A stretch of DNA of 64,000 nucleotides from an uncultured delta proteobacterium (GCA_963796055.1 CAWCKH010000004.1:3594990-3658989), one strand, 5' to 3'; counted from the first letter of the stretch, positions 1-9,689 are shown. The notes: generated by a model from the sequence alone, not told the origin. A program made the numbers and translations.

Positions 1-23
1 CGCAGTACCGGCCGCGCGAGACG

Positions 24-2510
24 GTGAAGGTGGCCCTGCGGACGACCGACTGGAAGGGTGCGCCGGTGCCCGCCGAGGTCGCGGTGTGGGCGGTGGACGA
101 GGGCGTGCTCCGCCTCACGTCGTACGAGCCGCCGGATCCGCTCGACGCGCTCCAGCCGGAGCGAGGCCTGTCGGTCCGGATCGGCGAGCCGCTCATCCAC
201 CTGGTGCGCCGGATGGTCTACGCCGACAAGGGGATGACGACGGGCGGCGGAGGTGGCGCCGAGGGCGGGGGAGGGATCCGCTCCCGGTTCAAGACCACCG
301 TGCTCTTCGCCCCCGCGGTGGTGACCGGCACGGACGGACGGGCCGAGGTCGAGTTCACGCTCCCCGACAACCTCACCACCTACCGCATCATGGCCCTGGC
401 GCTGGACAAGGGAGACCGGGGCGGGAAGGGCGGCAGCAGCTTCCAGGTCGCCAAGCCGCTCCTGGCCATGCCGGCGCTGCCGCGGTTCGCGCGCGTGGGA
501 GACACGGTGGAGGCGGGGGTCGTCGTCCACGCGCCCTCGGGGAAGATCAAGGAGGTGGAGGTCACGGCCACCGCCAGCGGTCCGCTCAAGCTGCAGGGCG
601 AGACCCGGCGTGTCCTCGCGCTCCCCGAGGGAAAGCCTCGCGAGGTGCGGTTCCGGTACCTGGCAGAGGGGTCGGGAGAGGCAGTGCTCCGCTACGCGGT
701 CAAGGGCGGCGGCGAGCAGGACGCGGTGGAGCAGCGGATCCCGGTGCGCATCCCCACCCAGATGGAGGCGGTGGCAATCGCCGGCGAGAGCAAGGACGTG
801 GCGCGCGAGCAGCTCTCGAGCCCCTCCGGGGTGCGGCCGGACGTGGGCGGCCTCGAGGTGACGATGGCCTCCACCGTGCTCGGCGGGTACGGGGAAGCGA
901 TGCGGCAGCTGGTGGACTACCCCTACGGTTGCCTCGAGCAGCTCTCGTCCCGTCTCGTTCCCTTCGTCGCGCTCCGCGAGCTGCACGGGGTCTTCAAGCT
1001 GCCGTGGCGCCCGGACAGCGCCCGGACCTGGGTGGGGGAGGACGCCATCGCCCGCTGGGGAACGACCGACCCCGACGAGGTCACCACCAGGACGGTGAAG
1101 GCCATCGAGGCGCTGCAGCGGTACGACGGCGGGTACGGCTACTGGAGCTCGGACAGCTGCAGCTCGCCCCATGGCTCGGCGTACGCGGTCCTGGCCCTCG
1201 GGCGCGCCGCGGAGGTGGGTTACCCCGTCGACCGGGAGGCGCTCCGGAGAGGCCAGCAGTTCCTGTCCAGGGTCGCGGCGGGCAACGTCCAGACCTGCTC
1301 CTGGTGGGTCCGGCAGGTCGACCCCGGCACCCGGGCCTTCGCGCTCTACGCGCTGGCGCGCACCCGGGCCCCCCAGGCCTCGAGCGCCACGGCGCTGTTC
1401 GCCCGCCGCTCGGAGCTCCCCTTCTACGGCAAGGCGATGCTCGCCGACGCGCTGTGGATGGGTGGTGGCGACCGGGCCGCGGCACGGCTCCTCACCACCG
1501 AGCTGCTGGACCGGGCGAAGGAGACGTCGGGCACGCTCCACCTCGAGGAGATGAATGCGGTGACCTACCAGTCCGACTGGTCGAGCGACCTGCGCACCAC
1601 GGCGATCGCGCTGCAGACGCTGGTGGACGTCACGCCCGACCATCCCTACGTGGGGAAGATGGCCCGCTACCTGGTCGAGAGTCGGGGAGCAAACGGGCGC
1701 TACAAGACGACGCAGGAGGCGGCCTTCGCGCTGATGGCACTGACCGAGGTGGTCCGGACCCGGGAGAAGGACGCGCCGGACTTCGTGGGCAAGGTGCTCG
1801 TCGGCGGCAAGCAGGTCGCCGAGTCCGAGTTCCACGGCCGGAGCATGGACGTGCGGCGGACGGTGCTCCCGATGTCGCAGCTCCCGCAGCTCGGGAAGTC
1901 GGCGGCCTTCGAGTTCCTCCGCGACGGGAAGACCGGTCTCCTGTCGTACACTGCGGTGCTGCGCTACGCGCCGGCGGAGATGCCCCGCGACGCGCTGGAC
2001 CGGGGGCTGGTCGTCCAGCGGTGGATCGAGCCGTACTCGGGCGGCGGACAGCTCAAGGCGGTCAAGGCCGGCGAGCTGGTACGGATCAAGGTCCGGGTCG
2101 GCACCCCGGCGGCGCGGGCCAACGTGGCGCTGGAGATTCCGCTGCCCGCGGGCCTGGAGGCGGTGGACACCAGTCTTTCGACCACGGCCCGGCTCTCCCG
2201 GGGGGAGCCGTCGGCGGACACCGAGACCGACGAGATGGAGGACGCCCGCGAGGCAGGCGTTCCCCCCTGGGTGCTCGGTTTCTGGAACCCCTTCAACCAC
2301 ACCGAGCTGCGCGACGACCGGGCCCTGTTCTTCTCCAACGAGCTGCCCCCGGGCGTCCACACCGTCTCGGTGGTCGCCCGGGCGACGAGCCCCGGTGACT
2401 ACCTGCTGGTCCCGGCTCGGGCGGAGGCGATGTACGCGCCCGAGGTGTTCGGCCGATCGGAGGGAGGCAACTTCCAGGTGCTCGACGAGGGGAACGTCGC
2501 GGCCCGCTGA
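24..2510 (+). CDS. Bacterial alpha-2-macroglobulin (YfhM-like), C-terminal part; 5' end lies outside the window
   Basis: Thioester motif YPYGCLEQ; MG2/A2M motifs 'AVDEGVL', 'LPDNLTTYRIMA', 'AEAMYAPEVFGRS'; directly upstream of pbpC. Confidence 0.95.
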   Translation: MKVALRTTDWKGAPVPAEVAVWAVDEGVLRLTSYEPPDPLDALQPERGLSVRIGEPLIHLVRRMVYADKGMTTGGGGGAEGGGGIRSRFKTTVLFAPAVVTGTDGRAEVEFTLPDNLTTYRIMALALDKGDRGGKGGSSFQVAKPLLAMPALPRFARVGDTVEAGVVVHAPSGKIKEVEVTATASGPLKLQGETRRVLALPEGKPREVRFRYLAEGSGEAVLRYAVKGGGEQDAVEQRIPVRIPTQMEAVAIAGESKDVAREQLSSPSGVRPDVGGLEVTMASTVLGGYGEAMRQLVDYPYGCLEQLSSRLVPFVALRELHGVFKLPWRPDSARTWVGEDAIARWGTTDPDEVTTRTVKAIEALQRYDGGYGYWSSDSCSSPHGSAYAVLALGRAAEVGYPVDREALRRGQQFLSRVAAGNVQTCSWWVRQVDPGTRAFALYALARTRAPQASSATALFARRSELPFYGKAMLADALWMGGGDRAAARLLTTELLDRAKETSGTLHLEEMNAVTYQSDWSSDLRTTAIALQTLVDVTPDHPYVGKMARYLVESRGANGRYKTTQEAAFALMALTEVVRTREKDAPDFVGKVLVGGKQVAESEFHGRSMDVRRTVLPMSQLPQLGKSAAFEFLRDGKTGLLSYTAVLRYAPAEMPRDALDRGLVVQRWIEPYSGGGQLKAVKAGELVRIKVRVGTPAARANVALEIPLPAGLEAVDTSLSTTARLSRGEPSADTETDEMEDAREAGVPPWVLGFWNPFNHTELRDDRALFFSNELPPGVHTVSVVARATSPGDYLLVPARAEAMYAPEVFGRSEGGNFQVLDEGNVAAR

Positions 2511-2516
2511 GGGAGG

Positions 2517-4814
2517 ATGGTTCCATCGGCCATGAGAACTCGTGTGGGCCGCGCGCTGGTCGCAGCCGTCGGGGCACTGGTGCTCGGGTGTCTCGGCTTC
2601 GTCGCCGGGCCGCTGCCCCCCGGGCTGCTCGACCCGGCCGGCACGCTGAGTGTCCGCGTGCTCGACCGCGACGGCCAGCTCCTCCGGGAGCTTCCCTCCC
2701 GCCGAAGCTCGCGCAGCATCTCGCTCCCGACGGATGCGCCCGTGCCCGCCGTGCTGCGCGACGCCTTCATCGCCTCGGAGGACCGGCGCTTCGAGTGGCA
2801 CCCCGGGGTGGACCCACTGGCCATCGCCCGCGCGGCGGTGAGCAACCTCCGGGCGGGTCGGGTGGTGAGTGGCGCGTCGACCCTCACCCAGCAGCTCGCG
2901 CGGCTGGTCGTCCCGCGCCGGCGGACGCTCGCCGGCAAGGCGGGGGAGGCGCTCTGGGCCCTGCGGCTGTCGGCACACCTGTCGCGTGAGGACATCCTCC
3001 GCGCCTACCTGGACCGGGTGGCGCTGGGGCACGACCTCGTCGGGGTCGAGGCGGCCGCACAGGCTTACTTCGGTCGGCCGGCGAGCGCGCTGTCGGCCGG
3101 GCAGGCGGCGCTGCTCGCGGCCATCGCCCGTTCCCCGGCCCGGGTGGACCCGTGGGGAGATCCCGGGGTCACCATGGAGGCGATGCGCGAGGTGCTCGCA
3201 CGGATGCGCCGGGGCGGACGGCTCGACGCCCAGCTGGAGCGGGTGGCCGCGACCGCGGACCTCGACGTCGTCCCCCCGGCCCGGCCGTTCGGCGCCCCGC
3301 ACCTGGTGGTCGACCTCGCCGGAAAGCTCGGCACGCTCGGCCTCGGCGGCGCGGTGGAGGTGCGGACCACCCTCGACCCGGCACTCCAGCGCGACGTCGA
3401 GCGCGCGGTGCGCTCGGAGCTGGCCGCGGACCCGCGTCTCGGCCAGGCCGCGGTGCTCGTCCTGGACAACGCCTCGGGCGAGGTGCTCGCCTACGTGGGC
3501 TCGGCGGATTTCCGGGACGACGCCCACGAGGGTCAGAACGACGGGGTCCGTGCCCGCCGCCAGCCCGGGAGCGCGCTGAAGCCCTTCGCCTACGGGCTGG
3601 CGCTCGCCAGCGGCTGGACCCCGGCCTCGGTGCTGAGCGACGTGGATCTCGAGGTGGGCACCGCCGGCGGTGCCTGGCTCCCGCGCAACTACGACCGGCG
3701 CCAGCACGGACCGGTGCGCCTGCGGGCCGCGCTGGCCAACAGCTACAACGTCCCGGCGGTCGAGCTGACCGACGCGCTCGGCCCCGAGCGAGTTCTCGAC
3801 GTGCTCCGCGAGGCGGGTTTCTCCGCCCTGGATGCCAGCGCCGAGCACTACGGCGCCGGGCTGGTCCTCGGGAACGGCGACGTGTCGCTCTGGGAGCTGG
3901 CCCGGGCCTACCGTGGGCTGGCCCGCGGAGGCATCGTCGAGCCGCTCCGGCTGGTGCGTGCGGCGACGGACCCGCTGGGCGAGCGGGTCGAGGCCAGGGC
4001 CGAGCTCGCCCCCCGGCGCTTCCTGCCCGCGGACGCGGTGGCGCTGCTGACCGACCTCCTCTCGGACGAGATGGCCCGCGCGCCGGCGTTCGGCCTGGAC
4101 AACGCGCTCCGGCTGCCCTTCCCGGTGGCGGCGAAGACCGGCACCAGCCGGGCGTACGTGGACAACTGGACCGTGGGCTTCACCCGCGAGCGCACGGTGG
4201 CGGTGTGGGTGGGGAACTTCGATGGCCGGCCGATGCAGCGGGTCTCGGGCATCACCGGGGCGGGGCCTCTCTTTGCCCGGGTCATGCGCCGGGCGATGGT
4301 CGGCCTGCGTCCGGCGCCGCTCGTGGACCGCGCGCGGTTCCAGCGGGTGCGCATCTGTCCGCTCTCGGGTCATCGAGCCGGGGAGGCCTGCCCGGGCTCG
4401 TTCGAGGAGGTCTTCCTCCCCGGGACCGCGCCGACCGAGCCGTGCGTGATGCACCGGATCGCGGACGGTCGGCGGGTGCTCGCCCTCGACGCGCGGTACA
4501 GCGGCTGGGCCGAGCGCGAGCGGCTCGAGGTCGCGGCCGGGGAAGGTGGCGGCGCTTCCCCGGGCTTCATCACCCCGCGTGACGGGGACGAGTTCCTGGT
4601 GGAGGCCGGCATCCCGACCACGTCGCAGACCATCCCGGTCCGGGTACGGGGCGGCGGGGCCGCCCGGTTGTGGGTCGATGGACGGGCGGTGGAGCTTGAC
4701 GCCGGCCGCTCGGTGCGGCTCCCCCTGAGCGGCGGGACGCACGCGCTGGAGCTCAGGGCCCCAGGCTCACCGGACCCCGTCCAGCGCATCCAGGTCCGTG
4801 TGCGGGGGCCGTGA
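2517..4814 (+). CDS. pbpC: Penicillin-binding protein 1C
   Basis: Transglycosylase motifs EDRRF, GASTLTQQLAR; transpeptidase SALK, SYN, KTGTS; synteny with A2M. Confidence 0.93.
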   Translation: MVPSAMRTRVGRALVAAVGALVLGCLGFVAGPLPPGLLDPAGTLSVRVLDRDGQLLRELPSRRSSRSISLPTDAPVPAVLRDAFIASEDRRFEWHPGVDPLAIARAAVSNLRAGRVVSGASTLTQQLARLVVPRRRTLAGKAGEALWALRLSAHLSREDILRAYLDRVALGHDLVGVEAAAQAYFGRPASALSAGQAALLAAIARSPARVDPWGDPGVTMEAMREVLARMRRGGRLDAQLERVAATADLDVVPPARPFGAPHLVVDLAGKLGTLGLGGAVEVRTTLDPALQRDVERAVRSELAADPRLGQAAVLVLDNASGEVLAYVGSADFRDDAHEGQNDGVRARRQPGSALKPFAYGLALASGWTPASVLSDVDLEVGTAGGAWLPRNYDRRQHGPVRLRAALANSYNVPAVELTDALGPERVLDVLREAGFSALDASAEHYGAGLVLGNGDVSLWELARAYRGLARGGIVEPLRLVRAATDPLGERVEARAELAPRRFLPADAVALLTDLLSDEMARAPAFGLDNALRLPFPVAAKTGTSRAYVDNWTVGFTRERTVAVWVGNFDGRPMQRVSGITGAGPLFARVMRRAMVGLRPAPLVDRARFQRVRICPLSGHRAGEACPGSFEEVFLPGTAPTEPCVMHRIADGRRVLALDARYSGWAERERLEVAAGEGGGASPGFITPRDGDEFLVEAGIPTTSQTIPVRVRGGGAARLWVDGRAVELDAGRSVRLPLSGGTHALELRAPGSPDPVQRIQVRVRGP

Positions 4815-4823
4815 CGAGCCGGT

Positions 4824-4973
4824 TCACACCGACGCGACCACCGCCCCCGCCCGCTGCACATCCGCGCGGACGAGGACGAGGAAGGGCAGCCCCATCAGGC
4901 AGAGGAAGCACGCCACCGCGCACCGTACCCGCGCCCAGCTGCGGAACTCGGTCCGGTCGAGTTGGATCATCAT
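4824..4973 (-). pseudogene. Truncated paralogue (49 aa) of the small D[IV]GPG protein family
   Basis: MMIQLDRTEFRSWARVRCAVACFLCLMGLPFLVLVRADVQ aligns with the 5896..6135 product; RBS AAGGAGG; stop falls where the paralogue has Phe; C-terminal motif missing. Confidence 0.65.
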
Positions 4974-5024
4974 GGCCACTCCCTCCTTTCTGAACAGGCA
5001 GGTCGCCCGTGCACGCCTGGAGGT

Positions 5025-5040
5025 TGCACCCGCCGTGCCG
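5025..5040 (-). promoter_or_regulatory. sigma54 (-24/-12) promoter
   Basis: CGGCACGGCGGGTGCA = GG-N10-GC, about 52 nt upstream of the ATG at 4973. Confidence 0.65.
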
Positions 5041-5134
5041 GATCCACGTTGCTGAAAACACGGGGGAGTCCGCTCGGCCGGTGTGACCTCCACGTCCACC
5101 CTGGGCCGGCGCCTGTTGCGGCTCAGGCAAGAGA

Positions 5135-5781
5135 TCAGCGCGGAGCCGTCGGAAGGTCTCGCAGTACGTAGAGGTGCCCCAGGGTTCGGCCGAACATCAA
5201 CGCCAGCTCCTGGCCGTCCGGTGACACCGCCACGTGCGCCGTGCCGAGCCAGCCCGTCGGGTCGACGGGCCCGAGGCTGCGCTCCTCCAGCACCTGCCCG
5301 CGAGTGAGGTCGATCCGGAAGAGCCGGGCCAGCTGACCGGCCCAGGACCTGCGCTGGCGATCCGTCCACCCGCGCATGACCACCAGGGCCGGCTGCAGCC
5401 CGGTGAGGGTGGGGAGCGGGCTCGCGACCGAAAAGAGGATTCTCCGGTCACGGGAAAAGGAGGCGAGGGTGTTGCTCCAGTCGGTCCACGACAGCAGCGT
5501 CTGCTTCCCGGTCCGGTCGAAGTGGACGACCTCGGACCGTTCGAACTGGTTCTCCAGGAGCACGCTCCATCGGGACCGATGTCCTCGAGATGGATGTCGG
5601 ACGGGGCCTGGTACACCTCCCGCTGCCGCCCGCGTGGGTCCACCGCGAGGAGGGTGTTCCGCCCCAGCTCTCCGGTGGTGACCCATACCTCCGCGTCGTC
5701 CGGGGACCAGGCCAGTCCCTCGGCGCCGAGGACCGAGACGATCTGGTAAGGCCCGACCTGGTCACCCGGGCTCAGCTGCAC
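5135..5781 (-). pseudogene. Remnant of a Ser/Thr kinase with TolB/PD40-like beta-propeller (internal deletion plus frameshift)
   Basis: Starts VQLSPGDQVGPYQIVSVLGA (typical Hanks kinase N-terminus), jumps to LAWSPDD..., changes frame near 5570, ends ...VSPDGQ...HLYVLRDL. Confidence 0.7.
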
Positions 5782-5895
5782 GTCGACCGAGCCCAGCCGA
5801 GGTCGCTCCGGCGCGACGGACCCAGAAACGAGAGCGGGGCCACCGACACGCCCCCGTGTCCGTGGCCCCGCGTTCACTCTCTCCTATGGAGAGCC

Positions 5896-6135
5896 TCAGC
5901 GATTCGAAGGGGACATCGCCAGCAGGGCCTCGTCCGAGCCCGGGCCGATGTCCAGCCCCGCCTGGGCCACGTGCACCACGCCAGGCACCGACTCCGTGAA
6001 GACGGGGGCCACGGCGGCCTCGGAAGGCTGAACGTCCGCCAGCGCAAGCGCAATCGGGAGCCCCATCACGCAGAGAAATCCCGCCGCCACGCTCCGCACT
6101 CGCATCCAGCTGCTGCCCTCGGTCTCGTTCATCAT
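5896..6135 (-). CDS. Small secreted or membrane-anchored protein, D[IV]GPG family (79 aa)
   Basis: RBS GGAGG; N-terminal hydrophobic helix ending ALA-LA; C-terminal AGLDIGPGSDEALL shared with 7321..7551. Confidence 0.8.
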   Translation of the reverse strand: MMNETEGSSWMRVRSVAAGFLCVMGLPIALALADVQPSEAAVAPVFTESVPGVVHVAQAGLDIGPGSDEALLAMSPSNR

Positions 6136-6188
6136 GGCCTGCTCCTCCGTGGCGCCGTTTGCTTCGGCGCCCGACAGGTTCCGGGGAC

Positions 6189-6204
6189 TGCAGCCCTGGT
6201 GCCT
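6189..6204 (-). promoter_or_regulatory. sigma54 (-24/-12) promoter
   Basis: AGGCACCAGGGCTGCA = GG-N10-GC, about 54 nt upstream of the ATG at 6135. Confidence 0.65.
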
Positions 6205-6324
6205 GGCTCAAGTCGTTGAAATCACACTTCTTTCAACACGATTCCGTCGCGCCGGTATCTACAGGAGGCCCCGGGCGTTGCCGGCGAGGCAACATGTCGA
6301 CCGGGGTTGGCACAGGAGGGGTCG

Positions 6325-7299
6325 ATGTCGGAGGAGCGGCTGCGGTACCTCGCTGAGGCGGATGTGCGCGCGGCGGGGCCGCCGCTGCCGGAGCTCGTCC
6401 GGGCCCTCGAGGCGGCCTTTCGTGACCTGGGGGAGGGCCGAGCCGAGGTGCCAGCGAAGCTCGGCGTGCATCCGTCGGCCGGCTCCTTCTTCCACGCCAT
6501 GCCAGCGCTGTGGCTGGGAGCATCCGCCGCGGCGGTCAAGTGGGTGGGCTCCTTCCCGGGGAATCGGAGCCGTGGCCAGCCGAGCATCTCGGCGCTGCTC
6601 GTCCTGAGCGATCCGGACGACGGCCGGCCGCTGGCGATCATGGACGCACGCTGGCTCACCGTGCAACGCACGGCGGCGTGCTCCGCGCTCTCGGCGAGGT
6701 TCCTTGCCCGGCCCTCGGCGCGCAGCCTCGGAGTGCTGGGGTGCGGGCTCCAGGCGCGAGCGCACGTGGAGGCGTTCCGGGCGCTCCTTCCGCTCGAACG
6801 GGTGCGGGCGTTCGACCGTCACCCGGAGCGGGCAGCCGCGTTCGCCGAGGAGGTCGCGCGTGCGCACGGCGTCGATGCCAGCGCGCATGCCTCGGTGCAG
6901 GAGGTGGTGGAGGACATGGACGTCGTCTTGACCGCGGGCGCCATCGGCACCCTTCCGGACCCGCCCATCGCCGCGGGCTGGCTCGCGCCGGGAGCCTTCG
7001 CCTGCAGCATCGATTACGCGAGCCCCTGGAGCGGGGGTGCGCTTCGCGAGCTCGATCTGGTGTCCACGGACGACCGGGCGCAGCTCGAGGCGGCGCGGAA
7101 GACCGGGCCTCTGGCCCGGCTCCCACCCGTGCACGCCGACCTCGCCGAGCTGGTCACCGGGCGCAGGACGGGGCGAACGGCCGAAGCCCAGCGCACGATG
7201 GCGTGCAACCTCGGATTCGCGCTCGCCGACCTCGCCGCGGCGGCGCTCGTGGTCCGGCGTGCCCGGGACGCCGGGCTGGGGACCCTCCTTCCCCTCTGA
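6325..7299 (+). CDS. Ornithine cyclodeaminase / mu-crystallin family protein
   Basis: FHAMPA, RTAA, Rossmann GCGLQAR, NLGFALAD; RBS AGGAGG before ATG 6325. Confidence 0.88.
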   Translation: MSEERLRYLAEADVRAAGPPLPELVRALEAAFRDLGEGRAEVPAKLGVHPSAGSFFHAMPALWLGASAAAVKWVGSFPGNRSRGQPSISALLVLSDPDDGRPLAIMDARWLTVQRTAACSALSARFLARPSARSLGVLGCGLQARAHVEAFRALLPLERVRAFDRHPERAAAFAEEVARAHGVDASAHASVQEVVEDMDVVLTAGAIGTLPDPPIAAGWLAPGAFACSIDYASPWSGGALRELDLVSTDDRAQLEAARKTGPLARLPPVHADLAELVTGRRTGRTAEAQRTMACNLGFALADLAAAALVVRRARDAGLGTLLPL

Positions 7300-7320
7300 A
7301 CGCTCACCGATGGGTGGCGT

Positions 7321-7551
7321 TCACTCGGGCATGGGCGAGGTCACCAGCAGCGCCTCGTCCGAACCCGGCCCCACGTCGATTCCCGCCGCCGCCTCGTGCA
7401 TCGAGGGAGGCACGTATCCACTGACCGAGGAGGTCGCCTCCGGTGCCGCCGGGTGAACCCCCGCGGTCGCCAGGGTGACGAGCGCCGTCACCGACAGGAA
7501 CCCCAACAGCACGTTCCGCACCCACCTCGGCCCATCATTCGCATTGCTCAT
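7321..7551 (-). CDS. Small secreted or membrane-anchored protein, D[IV]GPG family (76 aa)
   Basis: RBS GGAGG; hydrophobic N-terminal helix; C-terminal AGIDVGPGSDEALL. Confidence 0.8.
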   Translation of the reverse strand: MSNANDGPRWVRNVLLGFLSVTALVTLATAGVHPAAPEATSSVSGYVPPSMHEAAAGIDVGPGSDEALLVTSPMPE

Positions 7552-7608
7552 CGCCGTTCCTCCAGCACGGGCGCCGTGTCCAGTCGGTCGCCCTCATGCA
7601 GGCACGGC

Positions 7609-7624
7609 TGCAGAGTCGGTGCCT
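7609..7624 (-). promoter_or_regulatory. sigma54 (-24/-12) promoter
   Basis: AGGCACCGACTCTGCA = GG-N10-GC, about 58 nt upstream of the ATG at 7551. Confidence 0.65.
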
Positions 7625-7793
7625 CGCGCAAGTGCCCGGGCTCAGCGCAGGCTCAACACGGTGGTGTGACTTCGCAGGCTGCAGCCGCGCGGAGGATGTC
7701 GCGGCGGCGGCAACCGCACGCCTCGTGCGGCGCGCGATCGCACACAGCGCCGTGTCGCAGAGAGGCCCCTGAACGCGCAGGGACGAGCACCCG

Positions 7794-8786
7794 TCAGAGC
7801 GGGCGGCGCAGGACCCGCGACAGCTCGCCGATGATGCCCCGGCGGAACGCCAGCACGCAGACCACGAACAGCGCACCCTCCACCACCGTCACCCAGCCGC
7901 CGAGCTGGGCCAGGTAGCTCTCCACACAGACGATCACCACCGCGCCGACGATGGGGCCGAACACCGTCCCCAGGCCCCCGAGCAGCACCATGAGAATCAC
8001 CTCGCCCGAGGTTCCCCAGTGCACGTCGGTCAGCGAGGCCAGCTCGAAGACGATGGACTTGGTGCCACCGGCAAGCCCGGAGAGCGCCGCCGAGAGCACG
8101 AAGGCGATGAGCTTGTACTGGTCGGACTTGTAGCCGAGCGACACCGCCCGCGGCTCGTTCTCGCGCACCGCCTTGAGCACCTGCCCGAAAGGCGAATGGA
8201 CGACCCGGAAGATGAAGAAGAAGCCGAAGAGGAAGATCGCCAGGACGACGAAGTACATCGCCAGGTCGTTCTCCAGTGACAGCAACCCGAGCAGCTTCCC
8301 GCGCGGCACTCCCTGGATGCCGTCCTCGCCGCCGGTGAAGGGGGCGCGAAGGCAGAAGAAGTAGAACATCTGCGCGAGCGCCAGGGTGATCATCGCGAAG
8401 TAGATCCCCTGGCGGCGGATGGCGAGCCACCCCACCGCCAGCCCCAGCAGGGCGGCGGTGACGGTCCCGGTGAGCACCGCCAGCTCGAAGGGCAGCCCCC
8501 AGACCTTCGCCGCATGGGCCGCCAGGTACCCCGCGCCCCCGAAGAACAGCGCGTGCCCGAACGAGAGCAGGCCCACGTACCCGATGAGGAGGTTGAACGC
8601 GCAGGCGAACAGCGCCCAGCACAGCATCTTCATCAGGAACACCGGGTAGACGACGAACGGCGCCCCCAGGGCCAGGACGATCAGGATCGCCATCGGGATG
8701 CGCAGGGAGCGGAGCTCCTCCCTCGCCTTGGTACGGTCGCGGATGCCGGCGCTCGTCTCCGCCCCGGTTGCCCCGTGCGCGGTCAC
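7794..8786 (-). CDS. Branched-chain amino acid-type ABC transporter permease (LivM-like)
   Basis: GLLSFGHA, TGGEDG, AVRENE motifs; GTG start overlapping the upstream stop. Confidence 0.9.
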   Translation of the reverse strand: MTAHGATGAETSAGIRDRTKAREELRSLRIPMAILIVLALGAPFVVYPVFLMKMLCWALFACAFNLLIGYVGLLSFGHALFFGGAGYLAAHAAKVWGLPFELAVLTGTVTAALLGLAVGWLAIRRQGIYFAMITLALAQMFYFFCLRAPFTGGEDGIQGVPRGKLLGLLSLENDLAMYFVVLAIFLFGFFFIFRVVHSPFGQVLKAVRENEPRAVSLGYKSDQYKLIAFVLSAALSGLAGGTKSIVFELASLTDVHWGTSGEVILMVLLGGLGTVFGPIVGAVVIVCVESYLAQLGGWVTVVEGALFVVCVLAFRRGIIGELSRVLRRPL

Positions 8787-9670
8787 GTGGTCCTCCCGAA
8801 GAGCCCGGCCGGCTTCACCAGCAGCACCAGGGCCATGATCACGAACACCACCGTGTTCGACGCCTCCGGGTAGTAGACCTTGGTCAGCCCCTCGATGACC
8901 CCCAGCCCGAAGCCGGTGATGATCGAGCCGAGGATCGACCCCATCCCGCCAATGACCACCACCGCGAACACCACGATGATCAGGTCGGCGCCCATCAGCG
9001 GATTGACCCGGTAGATGGGTGCGGCCATCACCCCCGCCAGCGCGGCCAGCGCCACGCCCAGCCCGTAGGTGATGGTGATGAGGCGCGGGACGTTGATCCC
9101 GAACGCCTGGACCAATAGTGGATTCTCGGTGGCGGCGCGCAGGTACGAGCCCATCCGGGTGCGCTCGGTCACGAACCAGGTCAGCGCGCAGATCAGCACC
9201 GAGACCAGCACCACCCAGGCCCGGTAGTTGGGGAGGAACATGAAGCCCAGGCTCTTCCCCCCGCTGAGCTGCGGCGGGATCTCGTATGGCTCGCCCGAGA
9301 CCCCGAAGTAGTTGCGGGCGACGCCCTGGATGACCAGCGCCAGGCCGAAGGTGAGGAGCAATCCGTAGAGCGGATCGAGCCCGGCGATCCGCTTGATCAT
9401 CGTCTTCTCGATGAGCATCCCGAAGGCGCCCACCACGATGGGAGAGATGAGCAGCGCCGGCCAGTACCCGATGCCCAGGTGCTCGAGCATCAGCCATGCC
9501 ACCAGCGCCCCGAGCATGTACAGGGCGCCGTGGCAGAAGTTGATGACGTTCAGCAGCCCGAAGATGATCGCCAGGCCGAGGCTGAGCAGCGCGTAGAACG
9601 AGCCGTTGATCAGCCCCACCAGGAGCTGGCTGAACAGCGCCTGCACCGGCACTCCGAAGACGGTGGTCAT
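8783..9670 (-). CDS. Branched-chain amino acid-type ABC transporter permease (LivH-like)
   Basis: GLLNVINFCHG, VVIGGMGS motifs. Confidence 0.92.
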   Translation of the reverse strand: MTTVFGVPVQALFSQLLVGLINGSFYALLSLGLAIIFGLLNVINFCHGALYMLGALVAWLMLEHLGIGYWPALLISPIVVGAFGMLIEKTMIKRIAGLDPLYGLLLTFGLALVIQGVARNYFGVSGEPYEIPPQLSGGKSLGFMFLPNYRAWVVLVSVLICALTWFVTERTRMGSYLRAATENPLLVQAFGINVPRLITITYGLGVALAALAGVMAAPIYRVNPLMGADLIIVVFAVVVIGGMGSILGSIITGFGLGVIEGLTKVYYPEASNTVVFVIMALVLLVKPAGLFGRTT

Positions 9671-9689
9671 CGGCCTGGCGGAGCGAGGG

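Noticed and set aside
5896..7551. RiPP biosynthetic cluster for the small peptides
   Set aside because: No modifying enzyme, RRE, dedicated peptidase or exporter adjacent; the N-termini look like Sec signals or TM anchors
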